64,000 bases of DNA from Planctomycetota bacterium (GTDB lineage Bacteria > Planctomycetota > UBA1135 > GCA-002686595): assembly GCA_031400875.1 (NCBI GenBank), contig JANNQS010000120.1:8569-72568 (forward strand). Reading direction: 5' to 3'. The notes below the pieces were generated by a model. The model saw nothing but the letters and a program-made list of their open reading frames with translations, was not told where the DNA came from and ran no database searches. Made by a program: the position numbers and the translations under genes. This document shows, in pieces, positions 24,513 to 33,566 of the stretch (its first letter is position 1; the number at the start of each line of letters is the position of its first letter).

Positions 24513-27002
24513 ATGCTCCCCATCGCGACGCTGGCACTCTGCGCGTTCCTGCCGATCCTCCCTGCACAGGACAGCGGCTACCGCCTGCCGCCGCCCGAGA
24601 TCGTCGAGGTCCTCGACGCCGCGCCGACGCCCGACGTCGACGTGTCGCCCGACGGCAAGTGGATGCTGCTGATCGAACGCCCGGCGATGCCGTCGATCGC
24701 GGACGTGTCGCGGCCCTGGCTCGGGCTGGCCGGCGCGCGCATCGATCCCGTGCTGGCGATGCCCGAGCAGCCGTCGTTCGCGCATGGGCTCGTGCTCAAG
24801 AGCGTCGAGGACGGCGCCGAGCGGCGCGTGCCGCTGCGCCAGGGCGCGCGCATCGGGATGGTCTCGTGGTCGCCGACGAGCTCGCGCTTCGTGTTCACGC
24901 TGGCCGGCGAGACGGCCACGGAGTTGTGGACGCAGGACATGCGCGAGCTGGCGCCCAAGCGCGTCCTGACCGGGCTGAACGGCGTGCTCGGCTCCAGCAT
25001 CGCGTGGCTCGGCGACGGCGACGCGCTCGTCGCGAAGGTCGTCGACGCCGAGCGCGGCGACAAGCCGGCGCGCCCGCTCGCGCCCAGCGGTCCGGCCGTG
25101 CAGGAGTCGCGCGGCGCGTCGACGGCGCTGCGCACGTACCAGGATCTGCTCTCCGACACGGAGGACGAGCGCGCGTTCCGCTGGAACGCGACGTGCAAGC
25201 TCGTGCTCGTGCGCCTGCTCGCGGACGAGACCGTCACGCCGGGCCAGGTCACGCTGGGCAAGCCCGACATGTACGTGTCGGTCGATCCCTCGATCGACGG
25301 ACAGCACCTGCTCGTCACGCGCTTGAAGGCGCCCTTCTCGTACGTGCTGCCCTGGTCGCTGTTCCCCTCCGTCGTCGAGGTCTGGGACCTGACCGGCCGC
25401 GTCGAGCGCGTCGTGATCGAGAACCCGCTGGGCGACGCCATCCCGATGGAGGGCGTGCGGCTCGGCCCGCGCGACATCCAGTGGGCGGCCAGCGACCCGG
25501 CCACGCTCGTGTGGGTCGAGGCGCTCGACGGCGGCGATCCGGCCAGCCAGGCCGAGCACCGCGACCGCTGGTTCCGCCAGCCGGCGCCGTTCAACGCCGA
25601 GCCCGTGCCGTTCCTGACGCTGGCGCAGCGAGCGCGCTCGATCCGTTTCTTCGGCGATCCCAACCTCGTCATGGCTTCGGAGTACGACCGCGATCGGCGC
25701 TGGGTGCGCACGCAGATCGTCGACATCACGAAGCCCGGCGAGGTGATCGTCGTCGACGACCGCAGCCAGAACGACCGCTACGGCGACCCGGGCGCGTTCG
25801 CCAGCATGCAGGGCCCCTACGGCTCACGCATCGTGCGGCAGGACGGCGAGTTCCTCTACCGCATCGGCGCCGGCGCCGCGAAAGAGGGCTCGCGCCTGTT
25901 CCTCGACCGCTACAGCCTGAGGACGCGCACGAGCGAGCGGCTGTGGCGCTGCGCCGAGAAGACGTACGAGTCCGTCGTGGCGATCGCGAAGAGTTCGGCC
26001 GTCGAAAAGCCGACGCTGATCACGTCGTTCGAAACCCCGGTCGACCCGCCCAACTACCGCCTGCGCGACCTCCAATCCGGCGCGATGCGCGTGCTGACGA
26101 CGTTCGGCGATCCGCAGCCGCGGCTGCGCGGCCTGAAGCAGGAGCTGATCACGTACAAGCGGCAGGACGGCGTCGAGCTGTCCGGGCGCCTGTACCTGCC
26201 GGCCGACCGCAAGGAGGGCGAACGCCTCCCGATCTTCGTGTGGGCCTACCCGAACGAGTTCACCGACGCCGGCACGGCCGGGCAGATCGGCGGATCGCCG
26301 TACCGGTTCGTGCGCGTGCGCGGCGCGTCGCAGATCCTGATGGCGCTGCACGGCTACGCGGTGCTCGACGAGGCCTCGATGCCGGTCGTCGGGTCGCCGG
26401 AGACGGTGAACGACTCCTTCTTGGAGCAGATCGCGTGGAATGCGAAGGCGGCGATCGACGAGCTCACGCGCCGCGGCGTCGGCGACCCCGAGCGCGCAGC
26501 GGTCGGCGGGCACAGCTACGGCGCGTTCATGACGGCCAATCTGCTGGCGCACACGGACCTGTTCCGCGCCGGCGTCGCGCGCAGCGGGGCCTACAACCGC
26601 ACGCTGACCCCGTTCGGATTCCAGTCCGAGCGGCGCACGCTGTGGAAGGCGCCCAAGTCCTACCTCGAGCTGTCGCCGTTCCTGGTCGCGGACAAGATCA
26701 ACGAGCCGCTCTTGATGATCCACGGCGAGAAGGACAACAACACCGGCACGTTCCCGATCCAGTCGGAGCGCCTGTTCGCGGCGATCCAGGGCAACGGCGG
26801 CACGGCGCGGCTCGTCATGCTGCCCGAGGAGTCGCACGGCTACCGCGCGCGCGAGTCCGTGCTGCACACCGTGGCCGAGACGATCGAGTGGCTCGACCGC
26901 TTCGTGCGCGACGCGGCGCCGCGGACGGATCAGGCTCCGCGCGTCGAGCCGGCGCCGGCTCCGGTCGAGGCGGGGTCGCCGGCGCGACCGGGCGGGAACT
27001 GA
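24513..27002 (+). CDS. Prolyl oligopeptidase family (S9) serine peptidase with N-terminal beta-propeller
   Basis: ATG 24513 gives MLPIATLALCAFLPILPAQD (signal peptide). Catalytic Ser GGHSYGAFM, Asp region IHGEKDNNTG and His PEESHGY are present. Confidence 0.9.
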   Translation: MLPIATLALCAFLPILPAQDSGYRLPPPEIVEVLDAAPTPDVDVSPDGKWMLLIERPAMPSIADVSRPWLGLAGARIDPVLAMPEQPSFAHGLVLKSVEDGAERRVPLRQGARIGMVSWSPTSSRFVFTLAGETATELWTQDMRELAPKRVLTGLNGVLGSSIAWLGDGDALVAKVVDAERGDKPARPLAPSGPAVQESRGASTALRTYQDLLSDTEDERAFRWNATCKLVLVRLLADETVTPGQVTLGKPDMYVSVDPSIDGQHLLVTRLKAPFSYVLPWSLFPSVVEVWDLTGRVERVVIENPLGDAIPMEGVRLGPRDIQWAASDPATLVWVEALDGGDPASQAEHRDRWFRQPAPFNAEPVPFLTLAQRARSIRFFGDPNLVMASEYDRDRRWVRTQIVDITKPGEVIVVDDRSQNDRYGDPGAFASMQGPYGSRIVRQDGEFLYRIGAGAAKEGSRLFLDRYSLRTRTSERLWRCAEKTYESVVAIAKSSAVEKPTLITSFETPVDPPNYRLRDLQSGAMRVLTTFGDPQPRLRGLKQELITYKRQDGVELSGRLYLPADRKEGERLPIFVWAYPNEFTDAGTAGQIGGSPYRFVRVRGASQILMALHGYAVLDEASMPVVGSPETVNDSFLEQIAWNAKAAIDELTRRGVGDPERAAVGGHSYGAFMTANLLAHTDLFRAGVARSGAYNRTLTPFGFQSERRTLWKAPKSYLELSPFLVADKINEPLLMIHGEKDNNTGTFPIQSERLFAAIQGNGGTARLVMLPEESHGYRARESVLHTVAETIEWLDRFVRDAAPRTDQAPRVEPAPAPVEAGSPARPGGN

Positions 27003-27061
27003 CCGTTCACGCTCCGTTGCGCCTCACCGTGCGGGTCAGTCGAAGAATCGGTCCGCGCCGA

Positions 27062-27658
27062 TCAAGAGTCCGACGCTGACCGGGGAGCGCCGCCAGTCTC
27101 CATCCACGCTCGCTCGAACAGGTCGCGCGTACCCTGCTGCTCGGCCCATCCGCGGAGGTAGCCCAGATCGAGGTTCCGCGAGCGCGCCTTGAGGATCCCG
27201 CACACGTCCCGCCATTGTCGTTGGGATTCTTCGCCGCCCTTTCGAAACCACATGAGCTTCTGGAGCAGCACGTCCTCGGCCGTGGCGACGAGGACCTCAT
27301 CGCCCGGGCCGTTGCCGATCTGGATCCAGCGGGCTCGATCGAATTCAGCCTTGTGATGCCCCGTGTCGGGAACGACGTGCACGTCGATCTTCAGCAGATC
27401 CATCTTGTGGGTCATGCTGAACATCCGCATGTCACGAGCCGCCTCACGGGCTTCGTCGGCGTCGAGGTGGAAGGCCGAACTCGCGGTACGCACGAATCGA
27501 TCGACTGCCAGCGGAGGCAGGGCCACGGCGAAGTCGGCGTCGAGGGTCAGTCTCATTTCGCCGTAGATCGTGCTTGCGAGCCCGCCGCCGAGAGCGTGGC
27601 GCAAACCACAGCGCGAAAAGACGGTTGCCGCATCGAGCGTCGCCAGTGCGAGGTTCAC
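27062..27658 (-). CDS. Nucleotidyltransferase-fold protein (toxin-antitoxin-like cassette, downstream gene)
   Basis: LGGGLASTIYGEMRLTLDADF fits the pol-beta NTase signature hG[GS]x9-13DhD. GC is visibly lower than in the flanks. The gene begins 9 nt after the stop of the upstream 113-aa gene. Confidence 0.65.
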   Translation of the reverse strand: MNLALATLDAATVFSRCGLRHALGGGLASTIYGEMRLTLDADFAVALPPLAVDRFVRTASSAFHLDADEAREAARDMRMFSMTHKMDLLKIDVHVVPDTGHHKAEFDRARWIQIGNGPGDEVLVATAEDVLLQKLMWFRKGGEESQRQWRDVCGILKARSRNLDLGYLRGWAEQQGTRDLFERAWMETGGAPRSASDS

Positions 27659-27667
27659 CGCCCGCTC

Positions 27668-28009
27668 TCAATCCCGGTCGGCGTCGAATCCGGTCCAACG
27701 CCGGACGTTCTCCGACCCGAGGCGCAAGGCCGCCGCACGCAGGAAGATCTCCCTGGCATCTGCATGCGGGTGGATCTGGCGCAAACCGCGCTCTTGGAGC
27801 AGTGCAGCCTGAGAGAGGAGATCGCACGCCGCACGGGCCTTCGCCGCGTCGTCCATGCTGGCCCAGAAGTCGAACTGGGCGCGCTCGGCCGCGTAGGAAG
27901 AGTCGTCCGATTGCAGCACGTAGCCGTTCGGCGGGATCGTGGAAGACGTCACGGAATGCAGTGTAACCAGGGAGAGGGCTGGATCGAGCGGGGCGTCCTG
28001 GTAGGACAT
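27668..28009 (-). CDS. Small hypothetical protein (upstream partner of the NTase-fold gene)
   Basis: A 113-aa natural-looking ORF with lower GC, tightly linked to 27062..27658. I recognise no motif. Confidence 0.55.
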   Translation of the reverse strand: MSYQDAPLDPALSLVTLHSVTSSTIPPNGYVLQSDDSSYAAERAQFDFWASMDDAAKARAACDLLSQAALLQERGLRQIHPHADAREIFLRAAALRLGSENVRRWTGFDADRD

Positions 28010-28014
28010 CGCCC

Positions 28015-29148
28015 GTGGTCCGTAGCCAGCCGCACCTCCTCCACGTCTTCAGCACGTTCGTGCCAGCCGGTCCCGAGACGCGGGCGGTGCGGCTGATCGA
28101 GGCGGCCGGGCACGAATTCCGGCACTCGATCGTGGCGATGGACGGGCGCACGGACGCGGCGGCGCTGTTCTCCGGCAAGCTCGACGTGAGGCTGCTCGAG
28201 GCGCCGCCGAAGGCCGGATCGCTGGCGACGCTGCGGCGGCTGCGGGGTCTGCTGGTGACCGAGAAGCCGCAGGCGCTGCTCTCGTACAACTGGGGCGCGT
28301 TCGACGCGGTGCTGGCGGCGCGCTCGCTGCGCTACGGCCGCGTGATCCACCACGAGGACGGCTTCAACGCCGACGAAGCGCACGAGTTCAAGGCGCGCCG
28401 CACGTGGGCGCGGCGGCTCGTGCTGCCGGGCGTGCAGCGCGTGATCGTGCCGTCGCGAAGGCTCGAGACGATCGCGCGCGACGTATGGAAGCTCGCGCCC
28501 GAAAAGGTCCTGTGCGTGCCCAACGGCATCGACCTGCCGCGCTTCCAGGCGGCCGACGGGCGGCCTTCGCTGCGGCACAAGCTCGGGATCCCCTCGCGCG
28601 CGCCGCTCGTCGGCTGGGTCGGGCACCTGCGCGCGGAGAAGAACCCGCTGCGCTTCCTGAACGCCGCCGCGCGTGTCGATCCCGAGCTGGGCGTGCACTT
28701 CCTCGTCCTGGGCGACGGCGCCGAGCGCGCGGCGTGCGAGCAGCTCGCGGCGCGCACGCCGACCCTGTACGGCCGCACGCACTTCGCCGGCCACGTGGCC
28801 GATCCGCGCGAGCACTACCGGGCGATGGACCTGTTCTGCATCTCGTCCGACACGGAGCAGATGCCGATCGCGCTGGTCGAGGCGATGGCCAGCGCGCTGC
28901 CGGTCTTGACCACCGACGTGGGCGACGTGCGCGCGATGCTGCCGGCCGAGCAGGCGCCCTGGATCCTGCCGCTCGAGGAGCGCGAGACCGCGTGGCCGCT
29001 GGCCGAGAAATTGACCGCGCTCCTGCGCGAGCCCGGCGAGCGCGCGCGACTCGGCGCCGCGAACCGCGCCAAGGCCCTGGCCGAGTACGGGTTCGAGCGC
29101 ATGCTCGAGGCGCACCGCACGGTGTGGCGCCAGGCCGCCGCTGGGTGA
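28015..29148 (+). CDS. Glycosyltransferase family 4 (GT-B, GT1-type C-terminal domain)
   Basis: LLHVFSTFVPAGPE start, ...GHLRAEKNP..., and FCISSDTEQMPIALVEAMASALPVLTTDVGD (the E-x7-E region typical of GT4). The GTG start lies only 5 bp from the divergent 27668..28009 gene. Confidence 0.8.
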   Translation: MVRSQPHLLHVFSTFVPAGPETRAVRLIEAAGHEFRHSIVAMDGRTDAAALFSGKLDVRLLEAPPKAGSLATLRRLRGLLVTEKPQALLSYNWGAFDAVLAARSLRYGRVIHHEDGFNADEAHEFKARRTWARRLVLPGVQRVIVPSRRLETIARDVWKLAPEKVLCVPNGIDLPRFQAADGRPSLRHKLGIPSRAPLVGWVGHLRAEKNPLRFLNAAARVDPELGVHFLVLGDGAERAACEQLAARTPTLYGRTHFAGHVADPREHYRAMDLFCISSDTEQMPIALVEAMASALPVLTTDVGDVRAMLPAEQAPWILPLEERETAWPLAEKLTALLREPGERARLGAANRAKALAEYGFERMLEAHRTVWRQAAAG

Positions 29149-29271
29149 GCGGAGTCGTTTCGCGGGCGTGGGAGCGACGCGCTCGGGCGGCTATCATGGA
29201 TCATTCAGCCGGACCCGTCCGGACGAGCGGGAGGTGCCTCCCGAGCGCCCGCCACCACTGTCCCTCTGCCC

Positions 29272-32103
29272 ATGACCCTCGACACGCTTGCCCCGCCGTC
29301 CGTGGCCGTCCTCCAGCGCATCGCCGACCGCGCGTTCGCGCAGGTCATGGTGATGATCCACGTCGCGAACCACCGCAAGGACAAGCGGAAGGGTGACCCC
29401 AAGGTCGGCGGACACCCGGCTTCGTGCGCCAGCTCGATGCACATGCTGGCCGCGCTGCACCTGGCGGTGCGCGAGCCGCAGGACTACGTGGCCTGCAAGC
29501 CGCACGCTTCGCCGGTCGACCACACGTTCCACCACCTGATGCAGCTCTTCCGCGATCCGGAGGGGAACTGGCTGCCGGTCGAGGAGGCCAAGAAGGTGAT
29601 GACGCGGCTGCGCGAGTTCCCGCAGCCCGGCAAGGAGATCGTCTTCCAGAGCTACCACGCGCGCTCGGACCCGGATTCGTTCCACTTCCTGCCGTCGGGC
29701 TCGGTCGGCATCCCGCAGGTCGTGTCGATCTACCTGGCGCTGGCGCACCGCTACGCCAAGGACCACGGCTGGAAGGTGCCCGAGAACGCGCACTTCTGGT
29801 CGATGATGGGCGACAGCGAGTTCCGCGAGGGCTCCGTGCTCGAGGCACTGCCCGACGTGGCCGAGCGGCAGCTCACGAACTGCACCTGGATCGTCGACTA
29901 CAACCGGCAGAACCTGGACGGCACGCGCATCCCGAACGAGCGCGGCCTGCAGGGCTCCGACTGCGACCGGATGGAGAAGACGGCGATCGCCAACGGTTGG
30001 AAGGTCATCCAGGTGCGCCACGGGAGGTTTCGCGACGAGCTGTTCGCGCGGCCGGGCGGCGCGGCGCTCAAAAAGCTCTTCGAGGGCGGGCTCTCCGACT
30101 ACGAGTTCCAGATGCTGCTCTTCAAGGGCAACGCGGCCGAGGTCCGGCGGCGCGTCGCCGACCGCGGCCCGGAGCTGACGAAGTTCCTGAAGACCTTGTC
30201 CGACCAGGAGCTCGTGCGCGCGTTCGCCGACCTGGGCGGGCACTGCATGGAGAAGCTCGTCAAGACGCTCCAGCAGGCGCGCCAGGACGATTCGGCGCCG
30301 TACCTGCTGATCGTGCACACGATCAAGGGCTACGGCCTCGAGTGCGCCGCCAACCCGTCGAACCACTCGGCGCTGCCCTCCGAGGAGGAGATCAAGAAGC
30401 TCCTGCAGGACCGCGGGCTGTCGATGGACGACCCGTTCACGCTGTTCCCGCCCGAGAGCGCCGAGGGTCGCTTCCTGAGCGAGCGCCGCGAGCTGTATCG
30501 CAAGAGCATCGTCGCGCTCGAGCAGCAGGCCGCCGAGAACCGCGCCGATGTGCTGCGCCGCATCGAAAAGGACGGCGGATTGCCCGAGAAGCTGGGCATC
30601 GACCTGTCCCTGTTCCCCATGGCGCACACGCAGTGGATGTGGGGCCAGATCGCGTCGAAGCTCGTGCGCATCGGCACGAACGACGAGGGCGGGCCGCAGA
30701 CGGCGGTCAGCGCCAAGGCCCTGTCGCCCGACGAAGCGCGCTGGAAGACCGCGGCCGACATGGTGCTGACGCTCTCGCCCGACGTCGGCACGAGCACGAA
30801 CATCTCGCCCGGGATGGACAAGCGCATCTACGGGCCCGACTACCTGGGCGATCTCGAGGAGGAGCTGTCGATCTCGTACAAGCACCCCGAGCTCGCGCCG
30901 CAGTCCGATCCGTGGACGCGCCACATCCGCTTCGAGATCGCCGAAGCGAACTGCATGAGCGCCGCGGGCGCGTTCGGGAAGATGGGCCACTACGCCGGCA
31001 TCCCGCTGATGCCGATGATGACCATCTACGACTTCTTCATCAAACGCGCGCTCGACCAGCTGTACTACGACCTCTACTGGGGCTCCGAGTTCGTGATCGT
31101 CGGCACGCCCAGCGGCGTGACGCTGTCGTCCGAGGGCGCGCAGCACTCGTGGAAGAGCGACATCCAGATCCCGAACCTCGTCACCTGGGAACCGACGTTC
31201 GCGGTCGAGATGGACTGGATCCTGTCCGACGCGCTGCGGCGGCAGATGACGGGCGAAAACGAGGGCCGCCGCGGCGTGCTCGTGCGCGGCGTCACGCGCG
31301 GCGTGCAGCAGTCGCTGCTCCTGCAGCACGTGCGCATGCAGGCGCGCTCGAAGGCCGAGGGCTCCGTGACGGGCTCCCTCAAGCCCAAGGACGCGGGAGC
31401 GGAATGGGCCGACGCGCTCGACGAGTCCGCGCTGCCCGTGCTGGCCGACGCCGACCTGCTCGAGCGCGTGCGCCAGGACTGCCTGCTGGGCGCGTTCCGC
31501 CTGATCGACTGGCGCGGCTACCTGGGCTACGAGCCGGGCGACAACGTGGTCGAGCTGTTCGCGATGGGCGCGCTCGCGCCGGAAGCGTGCGAGGCGGCCT
31601 GGAAGCTGCTCGAGAAGGGCGTCTTCGCCAACGTCACGCTGGTCAGCTCGCCCGAGCTCCTGCTGGGCGTCCTCGGGCACCAGGGCGACTACCGCCACCT
31701 GCGCGAGGGCCTGGGCGTCAGCGCCGATCTCTTCGCGGTCGAGGGCGCGGGCGACAGCGCAGCCGGCTTGATCTCGCTGGCCGGCCGGCGCGTGCCGATC
31801 GTCGCCGTGTGCGACGGCGAAGCGGGCCTGCTCGACAACATCGGCTCGATCGTGGGCGTCAAGCAGGTCACGCTGGCCGTGCGCAAATTCAGCAAATGCG
31901 GCCGGCCCGACGAGGTCTACGCCTACCAGCACGTCGACGCGCAGAGCGTGGTCGAGGCCTGCGGCCAGGTGCTCTCCGAGACCGCGCTCGAGGACCTGCG
32001 CGTCTCGCCGGCGCTGATCGAGCGCATGGCCGGGCGCGCAGCGAGCCCGAGCCGCGACTGGCGCGCGCTGTGGCCCGAAGCCGGCGGCGCGCAGCACGAC
32101 TGA
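29272..32103 (+). CDS. Pyruvate dehydrogenase E1 (AceE-type homodimeric, ThDP-dependent) family protein
   Basis: Blocks parallel E. coli AceE: VGGHPASCASS (LGGHMASFQSS), MMGDSEFREG...WIVDYNRQNLDG (LGDGEMDEPE...VINCNLQRLDG), GWKVIQV, and LGGH...LIVHTIKGYGL. The length is 943 aa. Confidence 0.8.
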   Translation: MTLDTLAPPSVAVLQRIADRAFAQVMVMIHVANHRKDKRKGDPKVGGHPASCASSMHMLAALHLAVREPQDYVACKPHASPVDHTFHHLMQLFRDPEGNWLPVEEAKKVMTRLREFPQPGKEIVFQSYHARSDPDSFHFLPSGSVGIPQVVSIYLALAHRYAKDHGWKVPENAHFWSMMGDSEFREGSVLEALPDVAERQLTNCTWIVDYNRQNLDGTRIPNERGLQGSDCDRMEKTAIANGWKVIQVRHGRFRDELFARPGGAALKKLFEGGLSDYEFQMLLFKGNAAEVRRRVADRGPELTKFLKTLSDQELVRAFADLGGHCMEKLVKTLQQARQDDSAPYLLIVHTIKGYGLECAANPSNHSALPSEEEIKKLLQDRGLSMDDPFTLFPPESAEGRFLSERRELYRKSIVALEQQAAENRADVLRRIEKDGGLPEKLGIDLSLFPMAHTQWMWGQIASKLVRIGTNDEGGPQTAVSAKALSPDEARWKTAADMVLTLSPDVGTSTNISPGMDKRIYGPDYLGDLEEELSISYKHPELAPQSDPWTRHIRFEIAEANCMSAAGAFGKMGHYAGIPLMPMMTIYDFFIKRALDQLYYDLYWGSEFVIVGTPSGVTLSSEGAQHSWKSDIQIPNLVTWEPTFAVEMDWILSDALRRQMTGENEGRRGVLVRGVTRGVQQSLLLQHVRMQARSKAEGSVTGSLKPKDAGAEWADALDESALPVLADADLLERVRQDCLLGAFRLIDWRGYLGYEPGDNVVELFAMGALAPEACEAAWKLLEKGVFANVTLVSSPELLLGVLGHQGDYRHLREGLGVSADLFAVEGAGDSAAGLISLAGRRVPIVAVCDGEAGLLDNIGSIVGVKQVTLAVRKFSKCGRPDEVYAYQHVDAQSVVEACGQVLSETALEDLRVSPALIERMAGRAASPSRDWRALWPEAGGAQHD

Positions 32104-32110
32104 GCGCGCG

Positions 32111-32677
32111 GTGCACGACGACGTTCCCGCGGGCCCCGCGCCCTTCGCGCCGTTCGAGCGCGTGCGTTCGGACCGCATCTACGACTCGCCCTGGGTCGGC
32201 TTGCGACGCGACGTCGTGCGCCGCGCGGGCGGACCCGAACGCGAGTACCACGTCGTCGAGATCACCGACGCGGTCGCGGTCGTGCCCGTACGCGCTGACG
32301 GATCCGTCGTCCTGATCGGCCAGTACCGCTACCCGCACGGCCGCACGCATTGGGAGATCCCGGCCGGTCGCCTGCACGCGGGCGAATCGGCGCACGCCGG
32401 CGCGGAGCGCGAGCTGCTCGAAGAGACCGGGCACCGAGCCAAACGGTTCGAGCCGCTGCCCGGCTTCTATCCGATGAACGGCATCAGCGCGCACTACGCG
32501 CACCTCTACGTCGCCAGCGATTGCGAGCGCGTGGCCGAGCCCACGCTCGACGAGCTGGAGCAGATCGTCGTGCGCGTCTTCCGGCGCGACGAGGTCGAAG
32601 CGCTGCTCGATGCCGGCCGGCTCGCCGACGGCTTCACGGCGCTGGCGCTCCTGTACTGGCTGCGCGGTCAGCGCTGA
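32111..32677 (+). CDS. NUDIX hydrolase (ADP-ribose pyrophosphatase-like)
   Basis: Nudix box AGRLHAGESAHAGAERELLEETG (Gx5Ex7REUxEExGU). Confidence 0.88.
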   Translation: MHDDVPAGPAPFAPFERVRSDRIYDSPWVGLRRDVVRRAGGPEREYHVVEITDAVAVVPVRADGSVVLIGQYRYPHGRTHWEIPAGRLHAGESAHAGAERELLEETGHRAKRFEPLPGFYPMNGISAHYAHLYVASDCERVAEPTLDELEQIVVRVFRRDEVEALLDAGRLADGFTALALLYWLRGQR

Positions 32678-32916
32678 CCCCGAACGGAACGGCGGGCGGT
32701 CGGGCGCCACACCCGCACCCGCGCGCGACCCGGGGCCGACCGGCCGATCGCGAGGCCCCTAGGGCCGCCCCGGGGCGGGTCCTAGGGAATCTTCACTTTT
32801 CGCTCGCGCCCCCCCGCCGGGCTGCCCATCATCGCGCAGTTCGTTGCTCGCCCGCCCCAATTGGATTGGACCGATTGTGTGGTTGGCGGCGTGTCTGACC
32901 AAGGTTCGAAATTCGA

Positions 32917-33396
<480 letters not shown>

Positions 33397-33429
33397 TCCG
33401 GTCCCACGGCCTGCAAGGCCGACCCTCAT

Positions 33430-33469
33430 GCGCGCCGCGCCGGGCTCCCCGGCGCGGCGCGCTCGTTTT
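33430..33469 (+). terminator. Rho-independent terminator of the RRM gene
   Basis: A 14-bp perfect stem gcgcgccgcgccgg / ccggcgcggcgcgc with loop gctcc, followed by tcgtttt. Confidence 0.75.
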
Positions 33470-33566
33470 CACGCGCGCGCGCGCACGCAAGCGTCGCGCG
33501 CTTGCGCGCGGCGCCACCAGCACGGCTGGGTCTCTCCAGCTGCTGTTGCGTTCCTGCCGTTTCTTC

